From Eledone cirrhosa (lineage: Eukaryota), in NCBI GenBank assembly GCA_964016885.1, contig OZ024742.1:192944001-193008000 (forward strand): a stretch of DNA of 64,000 nt, read 5' to 3'. Every line of letters begins with the position of its first letter. The first letter of the stretch is position 1. The notes beneath the pieces are model-generated. The model saw only the letters and a program-made list of their open reading frames with translations. It was not told where the DNA came from and did not search any database. A program made the translations under genes and the position numbers. Below are positions 13,488 through 25,669 of this stretch, piece by piece.

Positions 13488-13490
<3 letters not shown>
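13347..13490 (-). repeat. Short (TA)n-embedded repeat (family also at 36618-36822, 41085-41194, 58363-58572); probable PLE pLTR end
   Basis: Shared GGACCATAACGCACCARAGTACTCAATAC...GAGCTCAAGCCGTTTCGACGGCTA.TCTGGAC. Confidence 0.65.
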
Positions 13491-13532
<42 letters not shown>

Positions 13533-13738
13533 CTTTTCTAAATTTGTTTAGCAAGATTCTTTATCTGAAAACGTGTGTTGAAACCCGTATTGTTATACTT
13601 TGGGAGGGTCATGTTGCTAATAAGAAACACACGCACCAGTGGCATTCACTCCAATTTATTATAAATTAAATTTATGAATTTAAGAATTTATAAATTTCCG
13701 GTTGGTTGGTTCCACAACCGGACGGTTGTTCATATATT

Positions 13739-13781
13739 GCCAAATTTCTTTCGTCACACATTCTGTGACCTCTTCAGTGAC
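13739..13781 (-). ncRNA. Minimal hammerhead ribozyme
   Basis: GTCA-CTGAAGA-G GTCAC agaatgt GTGAC-GAAA-gaaa-TT-TGGC. Confidence 0.7.
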
Positions 13782-15012
13782 TGGGGATTCTTTTCTTTGG
13801 GAAAAAATGGTAAATAATGATACAAATGGGACCTACCCCTTGTATAGGAGCAAATGTTGAAATTGAATAGAAAGAACTAGGAATAAGGTTAATAGAATAA
13901 ACTCATGGTATGGTAGCAATAAATACCCCCTACAGGGGAATTAGCTTACAAAGTTAGAAGGGCCCTAGATAAACTTAAACTTAATATTAAGATAGTAGAA
14001 AGACCAGGTACCTCCATGAAAACACTTATTACTAATACATACCCTTTTCAAAGACCTCCCTGTATAGATAAGAAAGGCATAATCTGTAAACTAAGCCCCC
14101 ATATTAACTGTAAAACTAGAAATGTAGTATATAGCATAAGATGTAGTGAAGGACAATGTAAAGATAAGATTATAGTGTACATAGGTGAGAGAGCTCGTAG
14201 TATAGGAGAACGGTTAAATGAACACTGGCGAGAACTTCAAGATAAAAAAAGAATCATCAATACTCCACCAACATGCTAAAATAGAACATAAGGGCAAATT
14301 ATAGAACATAGATATAAAAATAGAATATACACACAGAAAAGACGCATTGTTTAGACAAATCGCAGAGGCAATAAACATAAATATCTTTTTTTTGTGTGTG
14401 TTGTGTGCTTAGTTTGCACATGTGTTACATCCGGCTGTCTGTGTGTGTTTTTATTTGTTTATTCACATGTTACTGGTTGGATGTTTGTTCTATACAGGGA
14501 GGTCTTTGAAAAAGGTATGTATTACTAATAAGTGTTTTTATGGGAGGTACCTGGTCTTTCTACTATCTTAATATTTAGTTTAAGTTAAACTAAATAATAA
14601 ATGAACACTGGCGAGAGCTTCAAAATAGAAAAGAATCATCTGTACTCCACCAACATGCTAAAATAGAACATAAGGGCAAATTAGAGAACATATAAATAAA
14701 AATAAATTCTACAAGCAGAAAAGACGCAATGTTTAGACAAATCACAGAGGCAATAAACATAAATGAACTCCAACCAAAATTAAATAGAAAACATGAAGTG
14801 AATAGCAACATCACAACTTACAATTAAGGACAAAATGAAAATACACACACATAGAACAAACAACCAACCAGTAAACATGTAAATAAACAAATAAAAACAC
14901 ATACAGACACCGGGATGTAACACATGTGCAAACTAAGCACACAATACACACAAAAAAAAGATAGCGTAGGACAGAACAGAGGAGAGGCACAAAACAAAGT
15001 AAAGAATCCCCA

Positions 15013-15055
15013 ATCACTGAGGAGGTCACCGGATGTGTGGCGAAATAACTTTGAC
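15013..15055 (+). ncRNA. Minimal hammerhead ribozyme
   Basis: ATCA-CTGAGGA-G GTCAC cggatgt GTGGC-GAAA-taac-TT-TGAC. Confidence 0.7.
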
Positions 15056-16826
15056 AATATATGAACAACCGTCCGGTTGTGGCACCAACCAACCAACCCG
15101 AAATTTTTAAATTTTTAAATTTATAATTTAATTTATAATAAATTGGAGTGAAGGCAGCTGGTGCGTGTGTTTCTTATTCGAAACAGGATCCTCCCAAAGT
15201 ATAACAATATCCGTTTCAACATACGTTTTCAGATAAAGTATCTTGCTAAAAAAATTCAGAAACGAAATATTGTAAGCCTTAGCCAAGCTAACAAGATACT
15301 GAAAACCACCATGTTCTGTTGTCTACGAAAAATAATAACATCTCGACAACTGTACTTCATAAAACTATGTGCCTCATCCCAAGTTTACACCCTCACGATC
15401 AACACCGATGTAAGAAAATTACAACTTACCAAAAAACAAGCAGATAGGCTAAAACGAACACTAATTCTAACCATAAAAAAGAAGATTTACAGAGAATTAA
15501 GTCATCTATACACGAAGAAGAAAAGTACATCATCCAAGAATGCAACAAAAACTTTAACAAGAAATTAACGAATTCTACTTTTTATAACCCTTCCGATATG
15601 CCCTTCGACCTACGACGAGTCCACTCTACGACTTTAGCTTTTAACAAACGCACGCAATTGCCGTCGTAGGTCGATGAACAAACAGAAGCACAATTTAATA
15701 TAGCTAGATCTAAACTTAGAAATATTATAGAACAGTATTGCAAGAAGAAAAATAGAATGGAGGCCCAGCAACTGGGCGAACAATCTACAAAAGGGTTGCG
15801 TAAGCTCATGCAGCGCTCACGTAATGGAGAGATTGCATGCTTTACATCAGACAAGTCTGGCAGAATGTCGGTTGTCAGTCTGTCAAATTACATCCAGGCA
15901 ACCCCACATCACTAACACAAGAGAAGTAACACCACAAGAGCATGAGGATAGTGAGAAAACCCTCAACGCTCATATGATGATGTGGAAAAACATAATGCAG
16001 CCCAATAAATGGACCGCCAACAACTTCCAGGCCTGGAACAATGACGTGCCAGCGTTGTATGGGCTTCGAAAAGACCATAAGACGAACAGTGACCCAATCA
16101 CAGGACCACTAACACGGCCAGTCTGTGGAGCTAACATTGCTAGTAACTACATACTTTCCTACTTCCTCTCCCTGATCGATTAATATTAAGATAGTAGGAA
16201 GACGAGGTACCTCCATAAAAACACTTATTAGTAATACATACACTTTTCAAAGACCTCCCTGTATAGATAAGAAATGCATAATCTGTAAACTAAGCCTCCA
16301 TATTAACTGTAAAACTAGAAACATAGTATATAGCATAAGATGTACTGAAGGACAATGTAAAGATAAGAATATAGTGTACATAGGTGAGACAGCTCGTAGT
16401 ATTGTGGAACGGTTAAATGAACACTGGCGAGAGCTTCAAGATAGAAAAGAATCCTCTGTATTCCACCAACATGTTAACATAGAAGATAGGGCAAATTATA
16501 GAACATAGAAATAAAAATAAAATCAACACACAGAAAAGACGCAACGTTTAGACAAATCACAGAGGCAATAAACATAAATGAACTCCAACCAAAATTAAAT
16601 AGAAAACATGAATGGAATAGCAACGTCACAACTTACAATTGAGGACAAAATGAAAACACACACACATAGAACAAACAACCAACCAGTAACATGTAAATAA
16701 ACAAATAAAAACACACACAGACACCCGGATGTAACACATGCGCAAACTAAGCACACAACACACACACAAACAAGATGACGTAGGACATAACAAAGGAGGA
16801 GGGGCACAAAAAGAAAAGAATCCCCA

Positions 16827-16869
16827 GTCACTGAAGAAGTCACATAATGTGTGACGAAATAACATTGAC
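16827..16869 (+). ncRNA. Minimal hammerhead ribozyme (U16.1 appears mutated)
   Basis: GTCA-CTGAAGA-A GTCAC ataatgt GTGAC-GAAA-taac-AT-TGAC. Confidence 0.6.
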
Positions 16870-17063
16870 AATATATGAACAACCGTCCAGTTGTGGAACC
16901 AACCGACCAACGGAAATTTATAATTTAATTTATAATAAATTGGAGTGAGAGCAACTGGTGCGTGTGTTTCTTATTGGCAAGATGACCCTCCCAAAGTATA
17001 ACAATATCGGTTTCAACACACGTTTTCAGATAAAGAATCTTGCTAAACAAATTCAGAAACGAA

Positions 17064-17095
<32 letters not shown>

Positions 17096-17149
17096 ATATA
17101 GAAGTGGATGGATACTTCAACAGGTACAATGTACTTATATATATATATA

Positions 17150-17327
17150 TATAAAGAAAAAAAGATGAAATCGAAAATGCAACTGGAGTCTTATTTAAAA
17201 AAAATATATATATATTTTAAAAAAAAATAAGGCTCCAGCTGCATTTTCGATTTCATCTTTTTTTCTTTATACTTTCACTCGTGTAGGACACCTCTGTTCT
17301 TTTTTCATTTTGTAAAGAAAACCTCAC

Positions 17328-17335
<8 letters not shown>
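17150..17335 (+). repeat. Fold-back palindrome (17150-17270) plus tail, in (TA)n; same family as 27243-27575 and 54340-54525
   Basis: AAAGATGAAATCGAAAATGCAACTGGAG / CTCCAGCTGCATTTTCGATTTCATCTTT; tail TTCACTCGTGTAGGACA shared by the three copies. Confidence 0.75.
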
Positions 17336-17381
<46 letters not shown>

Positions 17382-17394
17382 CATACATAAATAC

Positions 17395-17915
17395 GATCGC
17401 CAACACATGTGGCCGAAATGGGATTTCTCCGAAGGGTCTTTGGAGTAACGTTAATCGATGAAGTGCGTAGCTCTCAGATCAGAGAATCAATCCAGGTTGA
17501 GCTGCTACTTCTCCGAATTGAAAGATCACAGCTCTGATACTACAGGTATATGGTAATATGGTTAGAATGACTCAACAAAAATCGTTAGACACATTTTACA
17601 CGCAAAACCAACGGGCAGGAGACTCAGGGGTAGACCCCGAGCAAGTTGTTTGCAAAACATGCATGAGCTTGGATGGTCACGCTCGGGGAACCAGTCGGAT
17701 CAGTTGGAGTCGGTTGTTTCTGACACGACCCGCTGGAGGGAATGTTTAAGACCTCTGACCCCACAACCCTCTCAGGAATAAGTGGGCGAAGAAGAAGAAG
17801 AAGAAGAAGAAGGAGGAGGAGGAGGAGGAGGAGGAGAAGGAGAAGAAGAAGAAGAAGAAGAAGAAGAAGAAGAAGAAGAAGAAGAAGAAGAAGAAGAAGA
17901 AGAAGAAGAAGAAGG
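17395..17915 (+). mobile_element. 3' fragment of an RTE-type LINE with (GAA/GAG)n tail
   Basis: Decayed ESIQVELLLLRIERSQL..YG..VRM C-terminal frame, short 3' UTR, then (GAA)n 17789-17914. Confidence 0.55.
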
Positions 17916-18990
17916 TTGTAGCCATTTAAACAACAGTTTTGTAGTTTAGAATAGTTCACACATATTTTCTTATTCTTTAATCTTTTCTATTCTTTTCTTA
18001 CACTAATTTGATAAAGGATTTACATGAAACATCAAATCCTCTCTATTCCAATCCGGTGTGAAACGTTCTACTGAAAACACATTGTTCATATGTTTGTGCT
18101 TATATATTGTCGACCACATATCTTTTTTCCTCTTTTTACTGTGTTTTACACATTTAAACCGTTTCATCTTCTGTCTTTCTCTGTTATCTTTACATATATT
18201 GCTTGAAAAATATTCTTCAAATATGTAAGTTATTCTTTACACAAAGCTACATTACTTACTTTAACGACTGCCAAACAATCGTTAGTGGAACAGATACCAG
18301 ACACTAGCGATATATATACTGAAGAAATATGTACACACAATTATTAACTCCGAAAGCCACCTAGTTCTAGACTGTATCTTATTTATCGATGTATCTGGAA
18401 GGATGATATATTAAACTGACATCGGTGGAATTTAACACCATGGCGCATGGATAAACACAACGTGAAAGCAACAGAGAGGACATCTAGATGGCTATGGGTT
18501 AAAAAAGTGATCGGTGGTGTCTGGGAAATGTATACTTTGTGGACATAGACTGAGGCTCGATTAACCACGGTTCGGTCACCTGTCCGAGATATGTAGCACG
18601 CATTGACTCCAGGTACAGTAATAGTAATGGTATGTCCAAGGTTCTGCATTTGTGGATATATAAATGTATGTATGTTTGTATGTATGTATGTATGTATGTA
18701 TGTATGTATGTATGTATGTATGTATGTATGTATGTATGTATGTATTTTATGTTCTTCTGGTTTTATAATTTCTCAAAGTTTTACCAATGGAGAGAGAGTC
18801 TGTTTCTAACATAGACACAAGACTCTCTCATTGGAATTTACACAACATCAACTAGGTAGATATGTATGCATGCCGGCATGCAAGCATGTGTGTGCAGGTA
18901 TGGATGTTATTGTATGTGTGGATGTGTATGTTTGATTTGTATGTGTGCATATGCATATGCTTTGTATCTGTACATGTGTATATGCAGTTA

Positions 18991-19420
18991 TTAGATGCAG
19001 AAAATTTGGAATGTTTTACATAATTTTACTATTCCATTAATGGGTTGTACTTGTAATTTCCTAACTAGTTGTGTTCTTTCTGTTCCTGTGAAGGCTAGCT
19101 TCTCAAGATTTGTATTGAGGCAGTTACTAACATATCCTAGTGCTCCAATAAGCACAGGCATAAATCTGAAGGTGTAATCAGGGTGAAGTATCTCTAGATT
19201 TCTCATTAGTTCTGCATAGATATTCTCCTTTTCGTTAATCTTTGATATTATATTGGCTTCTCCTTTCATCCTTACGGGGTCGATAAAATAAAGTACCAGT
19301 AATGCACTGGGTAATTGCTGGCCTTGTGCCTAGAGTAGAAACAATTATATTGGTTCTGCTGGGCAGCTAGCTTCCATTACTGTGCATGCCTTCTTTTCCT
19401 GTTCCTGTCCCAGAACATTA
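18991..19420 (-). mobile_element. 3' fragment of R4/Dong-type LINE (restriction-like endonuclease), interrupted by a SINE piece at 19262-19347
   Basis: PDIMFWDR..CTVMEASCPAE then ANIISKINEKENIYAEL..MPVLIGALG; ATTATATTGG duplicated on both sides of the SINE piece. Confidence 0.65.
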
Positions 19421-19984
19421 TATCTGGTTGTCCCATATCATAATATCTCGTTATCCCATATCATTATATGTATGTATGTATATATGCATGGTCGCTCTTC
19501 AGCGTTTTTTGGGTAACACGTAATCCAGTACAATTTGTGCATGGTCGGCAACCCAGGAGAGTCAAAGGCCATACAATAAAGTGTTTGTGTATGGAGTGAG
19601 ATACTCCTAGTCATCATTACGACATCTCTCTAGGAGAAAGTCACTCTGATATAAAACCTTCTTCTTCTTCTTCTTCTTCTTCTTCTTCTTCTTCTTCTTC
19701 TTCTTCTTCTTCTTCTTCTTCTTCTTCTTCTTCTTCTTCTTCTTCCGCTCTTACCACCTCTTCCACCTCTTCCTATCTATCCTCCTACCCATCTTCTTAT
19801 TCATTATCTTTGTTCTTGTATTCACCCACTTAGCGACCTTAAATTACATTTGTGCATATAATTCCACTATACCCCTCCCACGGATAGTATCACTCTAAGG
19901 TGGCAATCTGCAACATGTATTTATATGGTATATCTATTTTTATATCCACCCTGTTTATATACTACCAATAATGATTCTAACTTC

Positions 19985-20110
19985 ATTGATTCCGAAGAAG
20001 ACGGTCTGATCGAACCTATATATGAGGTCTAATAATATACAGTTATATAACTGCTATAGATCAGACAATATGTCAATATTATCGACTCTCCGAAACGATC
20101 GTAAAACAAT
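19985..20110 (+). ncRNA. Hammerhead with C4 core variant and long branched stem II
   Basis: ATTGATT-CCGAAGA-...GTCTGATC/GATCAGAC...-GAAAC-GATC-GTA-AAACAAT. Confidence 0.55.
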
Positions 20111-20828
20111 GATATGAATAGGTATAATAATTTGACTTTGTTGTTTGTATTTTCATTGGTAATTTAATACCTAATATATATATGTGTGTGAGGTGCGTGT
20201 GTGTTTATATATATATTGGAAGCAGGTGTCTGCACAGATTATGTTTACCACATTTCACTCGCAAAACATTCTTCAAGTGGAATCACATGGTTGGAAAACG
20301 CTCTCTTTAACCCCACAGCCATAACCAAGCCTACGATCTGCCATCTACAATCTTAGAAATATAGGAGCTTGACAACTTTCGAATATTCTGTAATAACTCT
20401 CATAATTATGTTCTTCTCTCGTAGTTTATAGAAAATTATCGGCAGCTTTATTCTCAACAATGACGCATCCATCTTTGACTGGTCAACACTACGCACTCTC
20501 CGCTATATTCTTGCCGGAGATTAAATGATGTAATACTTTCACAGATTGCTTTTCAATTGTGTGAGTGCGCGTTAGATAGAAAAAGGGGGAAGTGAAACAC
20601 AGCGCGCGCGCGAGAGAGAGAGAGAGTGAGAGAGAGTGAGGGAGAGATATATAGAGAGAAACAGCAAGGGAGAGAAAATGAGGGAGTGTGTATGTGGCAT
20701 GAATGCAGATTAACATGTCAACATATGACATGTTAAAATTGTTATATTTTGTGGAGATTCCTTTTATCTAATTCCTCCAATGTTGCGAGAGAGAAAGAAA
20801 GAGAGCGAGACAACAAATGAGATAGAAA

Positions 20829-20914
<86 letters not shown>

Positions 20915-20929
20915 TCAGATTATAGGCAT

Positions 20930-21031
20930 GTAGGCCGAATTACATTTCGAAAGGCAAATAACATGGAGCCTGAAAGCTTTTTAAAATGCATGGAGAAAGT
21001 GATAACCGCCGATGGTGGCCACCTCGAGTGA
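20930..21031 (+). pseudogene. C-terminal remnant of a Tc1/mariner-type transposase
   Basis: ...SFLKCMEKVITADGGHLE* resembles the Tc1/mariner C-terminus (R...Vi.a.GGhiE*). Confidence 0.45.
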
Positions 21032-21444
21032 TTTATTTTACCCTATATATGTGCTTAACTGTGTGTAAAGTTTCAATGGAATATATTAATTAGTTTATAC
21101 AAAAAATACTGTATTTATTATCCATTAATTCTTTCCAGATTAATCTGCATCATACATGTACATACATATTTCTGGAGGTATAATCATTTGTATATCGATG
21201 ACATTAGGCAAATGGCAGATTGAATGAGTTTGTATTAAAGCAACGAGACTCGAGTATTTGCCTAATACCATCGTTGTAGAAATGATTGTATATAAATCTC
21301 CTCCCCAGATCGAGTGCTGTAACTTCTTGGATATCTTATACCAAGATTTCTCATCATATATATCTATATATATGTATGTAAAAGGTAAACAGAAATAACA
21401 ACACAATCGGTACAGTTTATGGTAGGTATATATTAGGTTAACGC

Positions 21445-22770
21445 TTGATATAGCAGGGAGAGGGTTTTAAAGTTTCGGACGCTAGTCCTTCATCAGAAGA
21501 ATGAATGAGAAATAAGATACATTGAGGGGACGGACGGGGTGGAATTGGAAGAAATGTCTTTAGATAAAAATAACAAGTCCATTCAAGTTGATATCTCTTG
21601 CAAAACTGTTGCTGCTGGCATTTTGTGTATGATTTATTTTTTAGAAATTGGATGATGCAGCGCGTCTACCTGAAATGGAAAAAAACCGCTTTGTAAAAAG
21701 AGCTATACTTGAGCACGTGCGTAAGCATGTGTTTGTGTGTGTGCGTGTGTGTTATTATACGTCCGTACGAAGCTAAGAAGAAATGTGTGTGTATACGAAG
21801 CTATGAGCAAAAGTATGCTAATATAAAGGTGTGTATGTGTGTATACAGAGCTGTGAAGGGTAAAGTGTAGTGAGCATATATAGTCGGCCTGTATTAGTTG
21901 TAAGAGAAGCTGCTAATGATAAAGAGAAAGTGATAGGAATCTAGGCGTGTGATAATGGACGGGGTATTAGAGAAATTGGGGAGGTGAGGTGAGTCCAAGA
22001 GGGGAATAGGGCCCAAGGCGGTGAATCAGACTTTGTCCAGTCCTGGTGCGCGAGGCCTGTGATCGATGATGTAAAAGGACACCCAGGACTGACACATGTA
22101 GGGAAGAATAACCAGGAGAACAGAAATGACGGGCGACAGGAGTATCCAAACCGAGTCGTATGTCTCTCATATGTTCGGAAAAACGGTCCACCATACGGTG
22201 TCCCGTTTGTCCGATATATAAAGACCCGCAAAGGGAACACCGGAGGGCATAGACAACGTGGGTGGATGTGCAGGTGAAGGAATGGCGGATACGGAAAGAC
22301 CCGTTAGGTCCTGTAAGAGTGGTGAGGGTGGAAATAATGGGACAAGTGTTGCAGCAGGAACGGGAACAAGGATGAGATCCGGGGGGGGGGGACGAAAAGG
22401 AACTGCGAACAAGGAGGTTGCGGAGGTTGTGGGCGCGCTTAAAAGCAGTAATGGGTGGGTTTGGAAAAAAGCAAGAAGTGAGGGGGTCAGAAGCGAGGAT
22501 ATGGAAGGAACGGAGGATATGTCGCCGGAGTGGTAGAGTGATGGAGTGGTAGATGAGAGGGAAAGGATCACGGGTGTCGGAAGGGTGGGGGTGAGGAGAG
22601 AGGGCTGCGGTGCGGTCTGTTTCACGGGCGCGGGTGAGAGCAGCTTGGATCAAGGCTGGGTGGGGATATACACGCTGGATGAAGCAGGAAGCCATGCGAA
22701 CAGAATGGGATTCAAAATCGTCGTCCTGGCTACATAGTCGACGAAGACGGAGGAATTGGGAATAGGGTAT
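21445..22770 (-). mobile_element. 5'-truncated Neptune-like PLE: thumb/linker + GIY-YIG + 3' UTR + pLTR HHR
   Basis: IPYSQFLRLRRLCS, PCSRSCCNTC, VVYALRCSLCGSLYIGQTG..DRFSEH. 5' end fused to (CA)n. HHR 21466-21500: CTGATGA-AGGAC tagc GTCC-GAAAC. Confidence 0.85.
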
Positions 22771-22897
22771 GTGTGTGTGTGAGTGTGTGAGTGTGTGTGT
22801 GAGCGCGCGCGCGTGCGTGCGTGTGTGTTTGAGTGTTTGTAAACAAACGTCGCGTGTGGAGTTCGTTTGTGTGAAATATATATATATATATATATAT

Positions 22898-23136
<239 letters not shown>

Positions 23137-23140
23137 TAGA

Positions 23141-23350
23141 TATGTGTATCCGTGTTCAATCGGTGGTAACCACAGTTAGTAAGGTACTCAATACATAGCA
23201 AAGCATACATATTTAATATAGAAATGGCTTCTACAGGAGTAGAAACGTTTCATTCGAAGGAAAACACCAAGAAAACCCAGGGCTTTGCTGATAATTTCCT
23301 CCGAATGAAACATTTCTAGTCCTGTAGAAGCCATTTTTATATTAAATAAA
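23141..23350 (-). repeat. Tail + fold-back repeat adjoining (GA)n; second copy at 54690-54790
   Basis: Arms TTTAATATAGAAATGGCTTCTACAGGA..AGAAA.GTTTCATTCG / CGAATGAAAC.TTTCT..TCCTGTAGAAGCCATTT.TATATTAAA. Confidence 0.65.
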
Positions 23351-23682
23351 TATATATATATATATGTATAAATATGTATATTCATATGTGCAATTATATT
23401 TTTGATTAAAGAATTTGTTCCGCTTGACATTTAAAACTAGTCTTATTCATTTCCCATTTATATTCGAGAGCATCAACAGACTTTCTGGCTTTCTCATGCC
23501 ACCAATACGCCATATTAGAATATTCACCAATAATAGAGATTTTCGTCATTTTTCTTATTCCTGCATTTTTTGCCCTTGTGTTTTCTATATTATATCTTAT
23601 TTTATTTAATGAAAATGTTTGTACTGTTTATATACATATATATATATATACGGGTGTGTATGATTGTGTATAGAAGATTATA

Positions 23683-24025
23683 CTAATAAAAGGACTTTGT
23701 CTGATTTACTTGTTTTATTTACAATCCTTTAAAATTTATAATGCTATTAGAATGAAATAGTATGGTAGAATATTAAATGTTAAGAGTTAATTGAACAAGT
23801 ACTTTCGTGCTTTCGCAATCTTCAGGTTCATATTCTGTGGTGACAGTCAAGTTTGCAATTTTCAACAGTTGAACATTGCAAACTTGACTGTCACCAGAGA
23901 ATATGAACCTGAAGAATATGAACCTGAAGAATATGAACCTTAAAATTCTAATACCATTATACATTTTAAAGGATTGTAAATAAAACGAGTAAATCAGACA
24001 AAGTTGGAATTCCTTTTATTAATAT
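23683..24025. repeat. Fold-back pLTR palindrome (centre near 23867); family also at 53740-53920
   Basis: Arms TGGTGACAGTCAAGTTTGCAAT / ATTGCAAACTTGACTGTCACCA and TTTATTTACAATCCTTTAAAAT / ATTTTAAAGGATTGTAAATAAA. Confidence 0.75.
23793..23829 (-). ncRNA. Minimal type-I hammerhead ribozyme
   Basis: GAAC-CTGAAGA-t TGC gaaa GCA c-GAAA-GTAC-TT-GTTC: 4-bp stem I, GNRA-capped stem II, palindromic AGTACT stem III. Confidence 0.75.
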
Positions 24026-24072
24026 ATATACAATATATTAATAAATGGAAACTATATTTATAAAACCATATT

Positions 24073-24138
24073 TATTTTATTATATATATTTCAAGGGCAA
24101 ACACGGCAAATTATGGTGCGCTTTCATCAGATAAAATA
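24073..24138 (-). ncRNA. Type-I hammerhead ribozyme
   Basis: TATTTTAT-CTGATGA-aag...ctt-GAAA-TATATA-TA-ATAAAATA (8-bp stem I). Confidence 0.75.
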
Positions 24139-25669
24139 CAGATTTGTTTTATAAATAAATATTGACATACTCGGAACAAAAAGACAACCTCTACGGTTGA
24201 AGCTTCCAGGATAGTGGAAATACTATTTTATTGAGGGTGGTACAAAGTTATGAGTGAGTATGCAAATGAGTATCCGAAAAGTTGAAAAGATATCGGTTTA
24301 TTTAAATTAAACTGTTGGAAGAAGATATGTAAGGAGAGAGAAAAAAAGAAAAGGAAGGAGAAAGAGAGAAGACGAAAGAAAGAACGATTATGCATAGTGA
24401 TAGTGGAGATAGACAGAGTGAATGAAGAAAAAATGTTTTAATGGAAAAATATACATAACGTAAATATATCAAAGTAAAAGAAGAAGTAAAAGAAGAAATA
24501 AGATTAACGTGGAAGAATAATATTTAGAATGTAGGGTTCATTACGTTGTCATTATAATATGACAATGATAGGTTGAAAAATTAGATTAAAATTAAGAATT
24601 AAAATCAAAATTAAAGATTAAAATTTGCCTTAATATTAAAGATTTAATTTAATATTAATATTAAAAATTAAAAAGTTAAACATTAAAAGAATTAAAAATT
24701 AAAATTAAAACAGAAGTATTTATATTATATTAAGATGTATTAGTAATAATATATTGGTTTAGATGTGTATGTAATGGATTATAAATTATTTGAATAAATA
24801 TATAACATTAGAAAAAATCTATATATTTTATTTTATTAAAGTAAGTTTGGCAAAATTATATTTATTAATAGTTGTAAGTCAAAAGTTAAACATCCAAATA
24901 ATTCTAAATTTATGAAAATTTACAAGAGTTTACAAATGAATAACTACTTAATTATATTATAAAAACAGTAAGGAAGTATAAAGGAAGTTAGAAGTGATTT
25001 TTTAAAGAATTACTCCAAGGATACATAAAAAAACTTTTCGAAAAAAAAACTTTTTTGAATTTATAACAAATTCAAAAAAATTCATAGATGTTATAAAGTT
25101 AGAAAATGTTATCTTAAGAATATAATTAAAACATAAACCATAAACCATATGTTATAAAACATAAACCATATGTTATTTTATAAGAAGTCATAAATTTATC
25201 TTAATAATATAATTAAAACATAAACCATAGGTTATTTTATGAGAAGTCATACTTGTTATAAAGTTTAAAAAATGTATCTTAAGAATATAGTTAAAACTTA
25301 AACCATATGTTATTCCACATATATATAAAAAACCTATATATAAAAACCATATGTTATTCCACATATATATAAATATTTGGATACATATATTAAAAATGTT
25401 TGAAGATATAAAATATTGGAAGATATGAAAGTAATGGTTCTTCTATATCTTTCAAAGAATTTTCTAAAACCTTCAGAAAGTTTTTCAAGGAAAATTTTCC
25501 TTAAAAGAATTTCAAGTAGTCATATAAAAAAAAAGTTTATAATCTATTGATAAGTGTAATAATATAAAGTAAATTAAATATATATAAATCATATATAGAT
25601 ATAATCTGAAGGATGAGGTTGTAGGTGGTTGGATATTGAAAACATTATGTAAAGGAGATTAACCATATA

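Larger units (their letters stand above)
13528..17068 (+). mobile_element. Rearranged cluster of a PLE family related to element 1 (ORF start MTLPKYNN): inverted pLTR, EN fragments, pLTR, internally deleted ORF, pLTR
   Basis: ORFs 15161-15568 (LPKYNNIRF), 15824-16183 (LYGLRKDHK..RPVCGA), 14016-14279 and 16200-16630 (NVVYSIRC..YIGE). pLTRs near 13528-13800(-), 14830-15270(+), 16640-17068(+). Confidence 0.85.

Noticed and set aside
18315-18370. CTGAAGA...GAAA possible hammerhead
   Set aside because: No convincing stem I or stem II
20431-20560. Possible upstream M13 exon (KIIGSFILNNDASIFDWSTL)
   Set aside because: In-frame TAA before any good donor; resemblance may be chance
25080-25375. Repeated AAACATAAACCATATGTTAT units as an array
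   Set aside because: Irregular duplications within the AT-rich Naiad UTR; no constant repeat with unique spacers, so not CRISPR-like
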